A DNA stretch of 64,000 bases, taken from NCBI GenBank assembly GCA_049513715.1, contig JBEKVV010000001.1, positions 416,001-480,000 on the forward strand. The letters are read 5' to 3'. The translations under genes were made by a program, and so were the position numbers. Below, piece after piece: positions 9,375 to 19,010 of the stretch. The notes below the pieces were generated by a model that made no database searches, was not told where the DNA came from, and saw only the letters and a list, made by a program, of their open reading frames with translations. Numbering within the stretch: the stretch's first letter is position 1; the number at the start of each line of letters is the position of its first letter. Source of the DNA: Candidatus Bathyarchaeia archaeon (GTDB taxonomy: Archaea; Thermoproteota; Bathyarchaeia; 40CM-2-53-6).

Positions 9375-10349
9375 GTGTTGAGCAAGGCAACAGCGTGTGC
9401 GCATGCGATACAAGGGCTCGTGAAGTACCACGGCCTCAAGAACAAGAAACTGAGATTACCCTACCACAACAGCATTTCCGTCTGTGCGGAGAAACTCACA
9501 ACCAAGGCCACGATTGAGTTCGGGTCTCAATATACTGAAGACGTCAGCGAAATCAACGGTGCAGTTGCGAAAGATGCTGAAGCACTTCGAGTCATGGAAG
9601 TTGTCAACGCACTGCGGAAACTCGCGAAGAAAGATGACCATTTCCACCTAGTGAGCGCAAACAGTCTAGTCAAGGTAAAGGGTCTGGGTTTTTCGGCCTC
9701 GGCGTTCGCGTCCATAGCCCTCGCTGCAAGCACCGCGCTGGGATTGAACATGGATCATGATCATCTGAGTGAGATTGCGCGACTGGGCGCGGGGTCAGCG
9801 AGTAGGAGTGTTGCAGGGGGGTTCGCGATTTGGTATGCAAACAAGGAAGGTAGGTCTTACGCCCGCCAACTCGCTGACGGTAAACGACTACCGCTAGCAA
9901 TGGGCATCGTCCCAATGGCTGCTGACATCAAGACGGACAAGGCCCACGAAGAGTTCGTTAGTTCGCCATTCTTCACCGGACGACTAAGGGAAGTAAATGT
10001 CAGCTTACGGAAAATGGTTCGAGCCATAAGCAAAGGCGACTTGAACGAGGTGTGCCGCCTTGCAGAAGTGGATTCCCGAAGTCTGCACGCGATCACCATG
10101 ACCGGGAAGAGCGGGCTTGTCTTAATGGCTCCTGACACGATAAACGTGATTCGAAGGGTAACGGCGATGCGGGAGGAACGAGGAATTCCTGTGTGGTACT
10201 CACTCGATACTGGCCCATCCGTCTTCCTAAACACTCATCCCGAAAACTTGGACGAGGTATGTGATGACATCGCGAAGAACACGGGTCTCAAAGTCATAAA
10301 AAGTGGAGTGGGCGGGTCCGCATACACGCTTGATCAACACCTCTTCTAG
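9375..10349 (+). CDS. mvaD: GHMP-family mevalonate-phosphate decarboxylase, haloarchaeal/Chloroflexi-type (phosphomevalonate decarboxylase-like)
   Basis: AHAIQGLVKYHG, LPYHNSISV, GLGFSASAFA, ARLGAGSASRS, YSLDTGPSV. Start set at GTG 9375 after AGGAGA. Confidence 0.85.
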   Translation: MLSKATACAHAIQGLVKYHGLKNKKLRLPYHNSISVCAEKLTTKATIEFGSQYTEDVSEINGAVAKDAEALRVMEVVNALRKLAKKDDHFHLVSANSLVKVKGLGFSASAFASIALAASTALGLNMDHDHLSEIARLGAGSASRSVAGGFAIWYANKEGRSYARQLADGKRLPLAMGIVPMAADIKTDKAHEEFVSSPFFTGRLREVNVSLRKMVRAISKGDLNEVCRLAEVDSRSLHAITMTGKSGLVLMAPDTINVIRRVTAMREERGIPVWYSLDTGPSVFLNTHPENLDEVCDDIAKNTGLKVIKSGVGGSAYTLDQHLF

Positions 10350-10485
10350 CAAGCCTCCAGAACAACACAAACCAAAGCCTTCCAGCCGAATCCAGAAATC
10401 AATCGAACTAACACACCCTTGTATCTTGTGGGAGCTCCGTTCGGCTTTTCTACTACCTCCACCGAGACAAGTCGAGGAGAGATTC

Positions 10486-11412
10486 TTGGGAGTGGGTGCC
10501 GGTTTCGGAAAGGCAATCTTGTTCAATGAGCACTTTGTCGTGTATGGCCTTCCCGCTATAGCTTCAGCGATTAACGCAAAGACAACTGCGCTGGTTGAGA
10601 GACGCTCATGGTCGGGTGTCGAGTTAATCGATAACCGGCCTGAAACGAAAGGGTACAAGTCCGGGAAAGCCGACCAGCAGAAAGAGTCTCTGGACATAAT
10701 GCTCAGGTTCATGAACGTCGACACGAAGCATCACGCCTTTCGGATAACTCTTGGCGGCGACCTTCTCGCAGCGAGCGGAGTAGGTGCAAGCGCCGCCTCA
10801 TGCGCAGCGATCGCACGAGCCTTTTCAGAAGAGTTGCATCTTGGCTACTCGGATGATAAGATAAACGAGGTCGCGTATGAGGGTGAGAAAGGATATCATG
10901 GTAATCCGTCAGGGGTCGACAATACTGCCGCAACGTTCGGCGGCCTGATCTGGTACCGACGAGAAGGCACGTCTCAACTGATGGAACGTCTCAAGCTCAG
11001 AAAGCCTGTAGAGATTGTCATGGGAAACACCGGGATAGTGGCCGACACAAAAGTAGTAGTGGGCGGCGTGAGGGAGCGAAAGGACAAGGATCCCGGGAAA
11101 TATGAGCGGATCTTTAAAGACGCACAGCGGCTGGTGGAGGACGCAAGGAAACAGCTTGAGGAGTATGATCTCAAGAAGGTAGGAGCTCTGATGAATGAGA
11201 ACCATAGACTTCTGCAGGAAATAGGCGTCTCATGCAGTGAGCTTGATATGCTCGTGGATTTATCGCGTGATACCGGAGCGTGGGGGGCGAAGATGACCGG
11301 GACAGGGAAGGGTGGTTACATGATCGCTCTTACTCCAGGGAAGGAACTTCAGGAAAACGTTGCGATGGAAATAGGGAGGAAGGGCTTTCAGGCGCTACGA
11401 ACAACCATTTGA
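10486..11412 (+). CDS. mvk: Mevalonate kinase
   Basis: GKAILFNEHFVVYG, SGVGASAA, HGNPSGVDNT, AKMTGTGKGG. Start set at TTG 10486 after GAGGAG. Confidence 0.92.
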   Translation: MGVGAGFGKAILFNEHFVVYGLPAIASAINAKTTALVERRSWSGVELIDNRPETKGYKSGKADQQKESLDIMLRFMNVDTKHHAFRITLGGDLLAASGVGASAASCAAIARAFSEELHLGYSDDKINEVAYEGEKGYHGNPSGVDNTAATFGGLIWYRREGTSQLMERLKLRKPVEIVMGNTGIVADTKVVVGGVRERKDKDPGKYERIFKDAQRLVEDARKQLEEYDLKKVGALMNENHRLLQEIGVSCSELDMLVDLSRDTGAWGAKMTGTGKGGYMIALTPGKELQENVAMEIGRKGFQALRTTI

Positions 11413-11452
11413 GCATAGGAGCCGCTCAACGCATCTTGCATGGTGAGCATGA

Positions 11453-12727
11453 ATGGAGTTAGCAGAGCTTGTCAAGAAACTAGATGAAAAAGCGCTGTTG
11501 ACCAGAATCAGCAAGCCCGCGGATCCCAAGTATGAGATTTCAACTTTGATGAAAATGCTGGATGGCCAGGTCCTACTTTTCGACCATGTTAAGGGTTCCA
11601 GCATGCCAATAGTCGCGAACGTGTGTTCGACGCGAGACCTAGTCGCAATAGGACTTGGGACGACCAGGAAGGAGCTTATCGCGAAACTGGCGGATGCAAT
11701 AGACCACCCGAAGAAAGTTAAGACATTCGAAGCGGAAGGTTACGAGAACATAGGCTCCGATCTCGGAAAACTGCCTATTCTGACATATTACCCGAAGGAC
11801 GGGGGGCCGTACATTGCGTCCGGGGTAGTTGCCGCCAGCGACAAGGAGCACGGCCTCAACCTCTCCTACCATCGATCACAAGTCTTAGGAAAGGACACTC
11901 TGGTACTGCGAATCCTGGAGAGGCATTTTGACGCCTACATTAAACGTGGATTGAAAGAATTCGCAATCTGCATCTCCTGCCCGGTACAGGTTTTAGTGAG
12001 CGCAGCGATATCCGTGGATATGGGCATCAGCGAGATCGAGATAGCCAACGCTTTGGAAGAAACATCGCAACTACGTCTCGACGGGCAACTGGTTCCCCCT
12101 TCAGACATTGTGATAATCGCCGAGTTGACTGGCGAGCTGCATGATGAGGGGCCGTTCCTTGACTTGACGGAGACCTTCGACATAATTCGGAAACAGAGAG
12201 TAGCGAGGGTGAAGAAGATCTACGTGAAGAAGGGGGCGATGTACCACGCCCTTCTACCCGGCGGGCTTGAGCACAAGGTTCTGATGGGTATGCCGAGGGA
12301 ACCAACAATTTTCAGAGAAGTAGCGAAAGTCTGCGACGTCAAAGACGTACTCGTCACCCCAGGCGGGTGCTCCTGGCTTCATGGAGCGGTGAGCATAAGC
12401 AAGAAGCACCCAGACGATGGTAGGAAAGCTATCGAAGCCGCCTTCAAAGGGCACAAGTCAATGAAACATGTCTTCGTAGTAGACGACGACATAAACATCC
12501 ATGACCCGAACGAAATCGAATGGGCAATGGCTACTCGTTTCCAAGCCGACAAGAACATGGTCACCAAGAGGGAAAAAGGGTCATCACTTGACCCATCCTC
12601 AGACATGGATACACAAATGACGTGCAAAGTTGGATTCGACCTAACTGTCCCCGAAGGCGGAAAGAAAGAGTTCAAACGACCAACCTTGCCAATGAAACTG
12701 AACGTCGAGGATTATCTCAAACGATGA
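11453..12727 (+). CDS. UbiD-family decarboxylase, probable trans-anhydromevalonate-5-phosphate decarboxylase
   Basis: DGGPYIASG, EGPFLDLTETFD, VVDDDINIHD, WAMATRFQAD, SSLDPS. Lies between mvk and the AcnX genes. Confidence 0.85.
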   Translation: MELAELVKKLDEKALLTRISKPADPKYEISTLMKMLDGQVLLFDHVKGSSMPIVANVCSTRDLVAIGLGTTRKELIAKLADAIDHPKKVKTFEAEGYENIGSDLGKLPILTYYPKDGGPYIASGVVAASDKEHGLNLSYHRSQVLGKDTLVLRILERHFDAYIKRGLKEFAICISCPVQVLVSAAISVDMGISEIEIANALEETSQLRLDGQLVPPSDIVIIAELTGELHDEGPFLDLTETFDIIRKQRVARVKKIYVKKGAMYHALLPGGLEHKVLMGMPREPTIFREVAKVCDVKDVLVTPGGCSWLHGAVSISKKHPDDGRKAIEAAFKGHKSMKHVFVVDDDINIHDPNEIEWAMATRFQADKNMVTKREKGSSLDPSSDMDTQMTCKVGFDLTVPEGGKKEFKRPTLPMKLNVEDYLKR

Positions 12728-12744
12728 AGGAGTGAAACTGAACA

Positions 12745-13932
12745 ATGTTCCTATCCAACGATGAGGAACGAACCCTGTCAGGTGAGAACGGAGAAGTCAT
12801 GGAACGCCTGTTTCGACTCCTCGTGCGCTTGGGCGAGATCTATGACGCAGACAAAATGATACCCATAGGCTCAGCGCAAGTAGCAGGAGTCTCATACAAA
12901 TCGATAGGCGACCCTGGAGTCGAGTTCCTAGAAGATTATGCAGGGAAAGGCGCTTGTGTGAAAGTTGTCACCTACCTCAACCCGGCGGGCATGGACCTTG
13001 AAGACTGGCAGGAACTTCGTATCCCTCCCAGTTTCGCTGAGAAGCAACTTCGGATTATCAATGCTTTCAAGAAAATGGGAATAGTCGTCAGTGCTACGTG
13101 CACACCATATCTGGCAGGGAATCTCCCGAGATTCAGGGAGCACATTGCTTGGTCTGAATCCTCAGCCATCTCCTTCTCAAACTCCGTCATAGGAGCACGA
13201 ACCAACAGGGAGGGAGGGCCATCAGCCCTCGCGGCTGCACTATGCGGCGTCACACCGAATTACGGTCTCCACCTCGACCAGAACAGGAAACCACAAGTGC
13301 TCGTGGAAATCAACGCCAAGCTTGAGGAGAACGCGGACTACGGCGCGCTCGGCTACGTCGTCGGCCAACAAGTCAAGAACAGGATACCCTACTTCAAAGG
13401 AATCAAGGACGCCGATACCGATCAACTAAAAGCACTGGGCGCTGGGATGGCGGCATCTGGTGCCGTCGCACTCTACCACATCGAGGACCAAACTCCAGAG
13501 GCTCACCTCATGGAAACTGGAGGGCTGGAGAAGATTTCAGTGAGTGACAAGGATTTGGATGAAACATTTTCGAAGCTCACAACAGGAAAGGAACCAGACA
13601 TTGTGATCTTAGGTTGCCCGCACTCCTCCTTGAAGGAGGTAATGACGATCGCAAGGAAGTTGGAGGGAAAGAAGTTGAAAAAACCTCTATGGGTCTGCAC
13701 ATCGAGAATGGTAAAAGAGGCCGCGAACCGCATGGGCTTCACTCAAACAATAGAAGGTGCCGGTGGCAAGGTTTTGGCTGACACGTGCATGGTCGTTGCG
13801 CCGATCGAGGACATGGGATACAAGACGACAGGTGTGAACTCGGGAAAGGCAGCAAACTACCTGCCGAGCTTCTGCAGACAAGAGGTTGTCTTCTCCAGGC
13901 TTGACACGCTGATTGAGACGGTGACTGCCTGA
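12745..13932 (+). CDS. Aconitase X catalytic subunit, probable phosphomevalonate dehydratase large subunit
   Basis: GVSYKSIGD, TCTPY, AWSESSA, NSVIGARTNREGGP, LGCPH, DTCMVVAP, NSGKAANY. Confidence 0.9.
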   Translation: MFLSNDEERTLSGENGEVMERLFRLLVRLGEIYDADKMIPIGSAQVAGVSYKSIGDPGVEFLEDYAGKGACVKVVTYLNPAGMDLEDWQELRIPPSFAEKQLRIINAFKKMGIVVSATCTPYLAGNLPRFREHIAWSESSAISFSNSVIGARTNREGGPSALAAALCGVTPNYGLHLDQNRKPQVLVEINAKLEENADYGALGYVVGQQVKNRIPYFKGIKDADTDQLKALGAGMAASGAVALYHIEDQTPEAHLMETGGLEKISVSDKDLDETFSKLTTGKEPDIVILGCPHSSLKEVMTIARKLEGKKLKKPLWVCTSRMVKEAANRMGFTQTIEGAGGKVLADTCMVVAPIEDMGYKTTGVNSGKAANYLPSFCRQEVVFSRLDTLIETVTA

Positions 13933-13950
13933 GAGGGTTGGTGACGAGCA

Positions 13951-14355
13951 GTGGAGACTCTTAAGGGAAGGTCGATAAGCCCAGGCAGAGTAGAAGGCGA
14001 GTGCCTCGTATCGAGAGAGCCTATTGGATTCTACGGGGGAATCGACGCCAAGACCGGCATTTTCATTGAGAAAGGCCACGAACTAGAGGGCAAGTCCGTC
14101 AGGGGCAAAATCCTAGTGTTTCCTTGCGGGAAAGGTTCTACGGTTGGATCCTACGTGATCTATGGGCTCGCCAGGAACCATCAAGCACCTTTGGCAATTG
14201 TGAACAAGGAAACTGAAACAATAGTCGCCACAGGTGCAATCCTGGGCGGCGTTCCTTGCGTCGACCGGATTGCCGTAGAGAAAATCTCCACTGGAGACAG
14301 TCTCATAGTTGACGCGACAGTTGGAACAGTTTCAATCGTTAAGAGGCATGAGTAG
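13951..14355 (+). CDS. Aconitase X swiveling subunit (DUF126), phosphomevalonate dehydratase small subunit
   Basis: FYGGIDAKTG, GKILVFPCGKGSTVGSY. Confidence 0.9.
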   Translation: METLKGRSISPGRVEGECLVSREPIGFYGGIDAKTGIFIEKGHELEGKSVRGKILVFPCGKGSTVGSYVIYGLARNHQAPLAIVNKETETIVATGAILGGVPCVDRIAVEKISTGDSLIVDATVGTVSIVKRHE

Positions 14356-14389
14356 CCCATAACGAAATTGAGGCCATCCGAGAAGGGAA

Positions 14390-15505
14390 TTGAATACACA
14401 TATGCCTGATACTCAAACGGCTGGGCGAAAGCTAAGCCACATTCAGACAACACTGCATCAGCAAGTTCAATCTCACGTCCCTACTGGCTTCGATGATGTG
14501 CGGCTGCTTCACAAAGCCCTCCCCGAAGTCGATCGAGCAGAAGTGGATCTGACAACCGAGATTTTCGGCCACAAACTCAATGCGCCCCTCATGATCGAAT
14601 CGATGACGGGCGGCACTCCGTTGGCCGCGAAGATCAACAAAACCTTAGCAAAGGTTGCAGAGCGACTGGGCATCGCAATGGGTGTTGGAAGCCAACGCGC
14701 AGGCATTGAGGACGAAAGCTTGGCGTACACATTTCGAGTGGCCAGAGACGCTGCACCTTCAATCCCACTTTTCGCTAACTTAGGGTGCCCACAGATTGCA
14801 CGCGAGGATGCCGTGGATAGGGCCAGGAAAGCTGTGGACATGATCGATGCCACGGGACTTTTCATACACCTGAATGCACTGCAGGAGTCGGTCCAGTTTG
14901 AAGGAGAAACGAATTTTCGGAATATCCTTCAAAAGATTAAGGAATTGGCAGGCAAATTGCCTGTTCCGGTCATGGTTAAGGAAACGGGCGCTGGTATTTC
15001 AAAGGAAACAGCGCAAGCTTGCGAAAAAGCAGGTGTGAAGGGAATTAACGTTTCAGGGCTTGGTGGAACGAGTTGGGCCGGCGTCGAGTATTACCGCGCG
15101 AGGGCCAAACGCCTGAAAGTTCAGATGGAGCTTGGAACTACATTCTGGGATTGGGGAACCCCAACGGTTCCAAGCATCGTGGAAGTAGCCAACTCAACCA
15201 GCCTCAAAGTTTTCGCCTCAGGCGGAGTCAGGAATGGCCTTCACATAGCGAAAGCAATCGCCCTGGGCTCCCACTACGGAGGCCTAGCCCTACCGATGCT
15301 CAAATCTGCCTCGGCAGGAGAAGGGGCAGCAATTGGCCGGCTACAGGCCGTAATTGAGGAGTTGCGGAATGCATTGTTCCTGACAGGTTCACGGAATCTG
15401 CAAGAACTTAGACAAGCCCCACTAATAATAACAGGCGCGACGTACGAGTGGCTTACACAGCGGGGTTTCGACCCGGCCAAGTACGCCATGAGACCTGGCC
15501 GCTAA
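14390..15505 (+). CDS. fni: Type 2 isopentenyl-diphosphate isomerase
   Basis: RKLSHI, SMTGG, GVGSQR, IHLNALQE, VKETGAG, GGTSW, ASGGVRNG. Start may be ATG 14402. Confidence 0.95.
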   Translation: MNTHMPDTQTAGRKLSHIQTTLHQQVQSHVPTGFDDVRLLHKALPEVDRAEVDLTTEIFGHKLNAPLMIESMTGGTPLAAKINKTLAKVAERLGIAMGVGSQRAGIEDESLAYTFRVARDAAPSIPLFANLGCPQIAREDAVDRARKAVDMIDATGLFIHLNALQESVQFEGETNFRNILQKIKELAGKLPVPVMVKETGAGISKETAQACEKAGVKGINVSGLGGTSWAGVEYYRARAKRLKVQMELGTTFWDWGTPTVPSIVEVANSTSLKVFASGGVRNGLHIAKAIALGSHYGGLALPMLKSASAGEGAAIGRLQAVIEELRNALFLTGSRNLQELRQAPLIITGATYEWLTQRGFDPAKYAMRPGR

Positions 15506-15532
15506 ATCCGAAATATCGCGATGCAATAGTGG

Positions 15533-16813
15533 TTGCTTATGGGAAAGAGTTCCGAATATTCTGGGTTCTATAAACTACCTATCCCTGAGAGAATCAGAAT
15601 AATCAAAGAATTCGCAGGCCTAACTGAAGACGAGGCAGGCCTTCTTCAAAAGCCCGGCGCCCTTGGGTTTGATGTTGCGAACCGGATGGTGGAAAACCTT
15701 GTTGGCGTTTTTCCTGTTCCGTTGGGCGTCGCTGTTAACTTCCTCATAAACGGCTATGATGTAGTTGTTCCCATGGCCATCGAAGAGCCATCAGTCATAG
15801 CGGCTGCAAGTCATGCAGCTAAGATGGCGAGGCCAACAGGCGGGTTCCACGCTACCACTACTGACCCGGTAATGATTGGTCAGGTGCAGATCGTTGGAGT
15901 GAGCGACGTCAATCGGGCTAGGTTCGAGATTCTAGCCCGCAAGGAAGAGATTGTGAAACTCGCCAACGACCAAGACCCAGTACTGATCTCTATGGGTGGT
16001 GGAGCACGCGACTTGGAGGTTCGAATAATTGAAACCTTCCAAGGAAAGATGGTGATTGCAGAGCTGCTCGTGGATTGCAGAGATGCGATGGGTGCCAACG
16101 CTGTGAACACCATGGTTGAGGCTGCTGCTCCATTGATGGAAAAAATTTCAGGAGGGCGGGTCTACCTTCGAATCATCTCGAACTTGGCCGTTAAGCGCTT
16201 GGCACGGGTCATAGCGGTATTCCCAAAAGAAGCCTTAGGGGGAGAGGATGTTGTGGACGGGATAGTGAATGCCTATGCATTCGCTGCAGCGGATCCATTC
16301 AGGTGTGCAACGCATAACAAGGGAATAATGAACGGCGTCTCCGCCGTCGTTCTGGCCACAGGTAACGATACCCGGGCAATAGAGGCTGGGGCTCACGCCT
16401 ACGCCGCGCGGTCCGGGCACTACACGTCCCTGACAACGTGGGAGAAGACCGTGCAAGGGAACCTTGTGGGGACCCTCGAAATGCCGATGGCCGTCGGCAT
16501 CGTTGGAGGAGCCACAGCATCCAACCCTGTAGCGAAATTGGCGGTCAAGATTCTCGGCGTGAAGACCGCACGGGCACTAGCCGAGATAATAGTCTCAGTT
16601 GGATTGGCGCAAAACCTGGCAGCATTGAGAGCTTTGGCTGCGGAGGGCATACAGCGTGGACACATGAGCCTTCACGCGCGGAACATCGCGATCAACGCTG
16701 GCGCAACAGGTGAGCTAATCGACAAGGTTGCGTCGCAGATGGTAGCAGAAAGAAAAGTACGGGTAGACCGCGCTAAAGAAATACTGGAGAAGGTTGGGAA
16801 AAGTCAGGATTAG
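15533..16813 (+). CDS. mvaA: HMG-CoA reductase, class II (bacterial/degradative type)
   Basis: MVENLVG, EEPSVIAAAS, DAMGANAVN, THNKGIMNG, GIQRGHMSLH. Confidence 0.93.
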   Translation: MLMGKSSEYSGFYKLPIPERIRIIKEFAGLTEDEAGLLQKPGALGFDVANRMVENLVGVFPVPLGVAVNFLINGYDVVVPMAIEEPSVIAAASHAAKMARPTGGFHATTTDPVMIGQVQIVGVSDVNRARFEILARKEEIVKLANDQDPVLISMGGGARDLEVRIIETFQGKMVIAELLVDCRDAMGANAVNTMVEAAAPLMEKISGGRVYLRIISNLAVKRLARVIAVFPKEALGGEDVVDGIVNAYAFAAADPFRCATHNKGIMNGVSAVVLATGNDTRAIEAGAHAYAARSGHYTSLTTWEKTVQGNLVGTLEMPMAVGIVGGATASNPVAKLAVKILGVKTARALAEIIVSVGLAQNLAALRALAAEGIQRGHMSLHARNIAINAGATGELIDKVASQMVAERKVRVDRAKEILEKVGKSQD

Positions 16814-17157
16814 GCGGTGCTGTCGACTTCAAAGAGCGATTCCATTCGTCTTATCCTTGGAATCGCATCTTTCTCCATCCAGTCAGAGATTGTATCGTAG
16901 ACTTTGCGATAGTACTTCTTGGTGGCGTGTTTGACGATTCCCAGCCGCTCCATCCTCCGGATGTATCGCCACTTCATGCTCCGTGAGATCTGATCGCCCA
17001 TTAGGCGGTCAACGTCAAGTTTCTTGAATACTCTAGGTAGGTGGGCGAATGTTGCAATGATTTCTTTGGGGAAGGCGGTCAAGTGTTCCTTTGAGAGCTT
17101 TCTTTTGCCACGAGTTTCAATACCGCGCAACCTCGTGCTGTTTACTTTCAAAACCAC
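16810..17157 (-). CDS. Hypothetical basic protein, possible winged helix
   Basis: 115-aa ORF with a TATA-like TTTTAT upstream; WRYIRRMERLGIVK resembles a wHTH recognition helix and wing. Confidence 0.5.
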   Translation of the reverse strand: MVLKVNSTRLRGIETRGKRKLSKEHLTAFPKEIIATFAHLPRVFKKLDVDRLMGDQISRSMKWRYIRRMERLGIVKHATKKYYRKVYDTISDWMEKDAIPRIRRMESLFEVDSTA

Positions 17158-17255
17158 GCCTTCTAATTGGCTGGTTACAGTTTTGATGGCATAAAAGCGT
17201 TATGAGCGTGTTCACTTTCTGCGAAAGCGGAACTGGCAATGAAACGCTTTCGAAT

Positions 17256-18119
17256 TCAAATAGCCCCAAACACGAAGGCGAGTAGGCCGAAGGTCATCCA
17301 TACCAACACGAAATTCTTGCTTCGCTTGGCATTGCGCGGGCTTGGGTCAGTCTTGATTGAGTAGGCGGTTAAGAGGAATCCCACGTCACAAATCACCACC
17401 ACGGGGATGTAGTAAAGGGGTTTTGAGACCAACCCAAGGGCCAGGGGCAGAACACTGAGGACCACGGCGCCAAGGAAGAGGGCAGCGCCCTGCTTTGCGG
17501 CACTCATGTTTCCTTTTGTCGCGGCAACCGTTTTCACCCCTCTGGCACTATCACCTGCAACGTCAACAATGCCTTTCAAGATTTCGCGCCCGAGGCTGGA
17601 AAGAAAAGCAAGCAGGGTGAAAATGCCTAGGGACCATGTGGGGCTGCCCACCGCGAAGCCCCCGAAGATGAAAGGGATCGCCACATTGATGCTGACCAAA
17701 GCGTTTCCGGCCAGACCTAGCTTCTTAACTCGAGCATTGTAGAGGATCATGATGACGATGCTTGCGACAGCAATCAGCAGTGCCCACGCGCCGAGGTTTG
17801 CGGCAAAAAACATCCCCATCGAGACCACGATGATCGCGAACGAAATTGCTTCAGCCGGTTTCACTATGCCCGCCGGCAAAGGGCGCTTCGGTTCATTGAT
17901 TTTGTCGATTTCGCGATCGAAATAGTCGTTCAAAATCATAGAAGCCGCTAGGAGAAGAAAGCCTGTCATGAACCCGTAGAACGCGGCTCGGGCCGTCACC
18001 GCTTGCGAAGCCAAGGCCTCTCCGACAATAACCGCGAAACCTATCATGACGCAGTTTGGTAAGCGCATCATGCGGAGTAAGCCGAGTGTTTTCTTGAGTG
18101 GAGAATTGTAAGGTTGCAC
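17256..18119 (-). CDS. UbiA-family prenyltransferase, probable digeranylgeranylglyceryl phosphate synthase
   Basis: NDYFDREIDKINEPKRPLP, REILKGIVDVAGD; divergent from the GGGP synthase gene. Confidence 0.9.
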   Translation of the reverse strand: MQPYNSPLKKTLGLLRMMRLPNCVMIGFAVIVGEALASQAVTARAAFYGFMTGFLLLAASMILNDYFDREIDKINEPKRPLPAGIVKPAEAISFAIIVVSMGMFFAANLGAWALLIAVASIVIMILYNARVKKLGLAGNALVSINVAIPFIFGGFAVGSPTWSLGIFTLLAFLSSLGREILKGIVDVAGDSARGVKTVAATKGNMSAAKQGAALFLGAVVLSVLPLALGLVSKPLYYIPVVVICDVGFLLTAYSIKTDPSPRNAKRSKNFVLVWMTFGLLAFVFGAI

Positions 18120-18227
18120 TGCCCACGCCTCCGCATTTGTGAAGTCTGTACCTCACACACAAGCAGTTTTAATAGTATCGCGGGGTGTGTGAGAATATTT
18201 CCCGCAGTCTCCAACATGTAAACGTGA

Positions 18228-18989
18228 GTGGCCAAATCTTTGGGCGACATCAGAGTAGGGACCGTTGAAAATCACCTACAACAAGTAATCAACGAGAAAG
18301 GAGTCGCCCACCTAACCCTTTTCGACCCCGAAAGGCTCACACCCGCTGCTGCCAGGCAGCTTGCAATTGAGGTCAAGAAGGCCGGTACGGCCGCTGCCAT
18401 GGTTGGGGGGTCTACAGCTACTTCCATTTATGAACTCGACGCCGTAGTCAGGGCGATCAAAACCTCAGGCCTCCCAGTAATCCTGTTTCCTAATGATGTG
18501 GCGGGGCTAAGCCAGTATGCGGACGCTGTCTTCTTCATGTCCTTGTTGAACTCAACGAACCCGTACTACATCTCGGGGGCCCAGGCGCTTGGTGCGCCAC
18601 TGGTGAAGAAATTCGGGCTTGAACCGATTCCCCTAGCGTACCTGATTGTAGGGAATAACCCCGGTGCAGCAGGTTTCGTGGGAAACGCTAATCCCATCCC
18701 AAATGACAAACCGGAGTTGGCGGCGATATACGCCCTCGCAGCGGAATACTTGGGAATGCGCTTCGTCTACCTAGAAGCAGGTTCAGGGGCGAGGGATATG
18801 GTTTCACCGAAGATGGTTAGCACCGTCAGCAAAACTTGTCGAGCAAGAATAATCGTAGGCGGGGGCATCCGATCAGCCGCCCAAGCTAAAACGTTGGTTC
18901 AAGCCGGGGCACAGTTGATTGTTACAGGAACCGTTGCTGAAAAGGCGGGAATCCGGAAGTTGCGTGAAATTATTCGAGCCATCGAATAG
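18228..18989 (+). CDS. pcrB: Geranylgeranylglyceryl phosphate synthase
   Basis: HLTLFDP, MVGGST, PVILFP, YLEAGSGA, IVGGGIR, IVTGT. Confidence 0.93.
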   Translation: MAKSLGDIRVGTVENHLQQVINEKGVAHLTLFDPERLTPAAARQLAIEVKKAGTAAAMVGGSTATSIYELDAVVRAIKTSGLPVILFPNDVAGLSQYADAVFFMSLLNSTNPYYISGAQALGAPLVKKFGLEPIPLAYLIVGNNPGAAGFVGNANPIPNDKPELAAIYALAAEYLGMRFVYLEAGSGARDMVSPKMVSTVSKTCRARIIVGGGIRSAAQAKTLVQAGAQLIVTGTVAEKAGIRKLREIIRAIE

Positions 18990-19010
18990 GGTCCCGTTGA
19001 GGAAAGCTGC

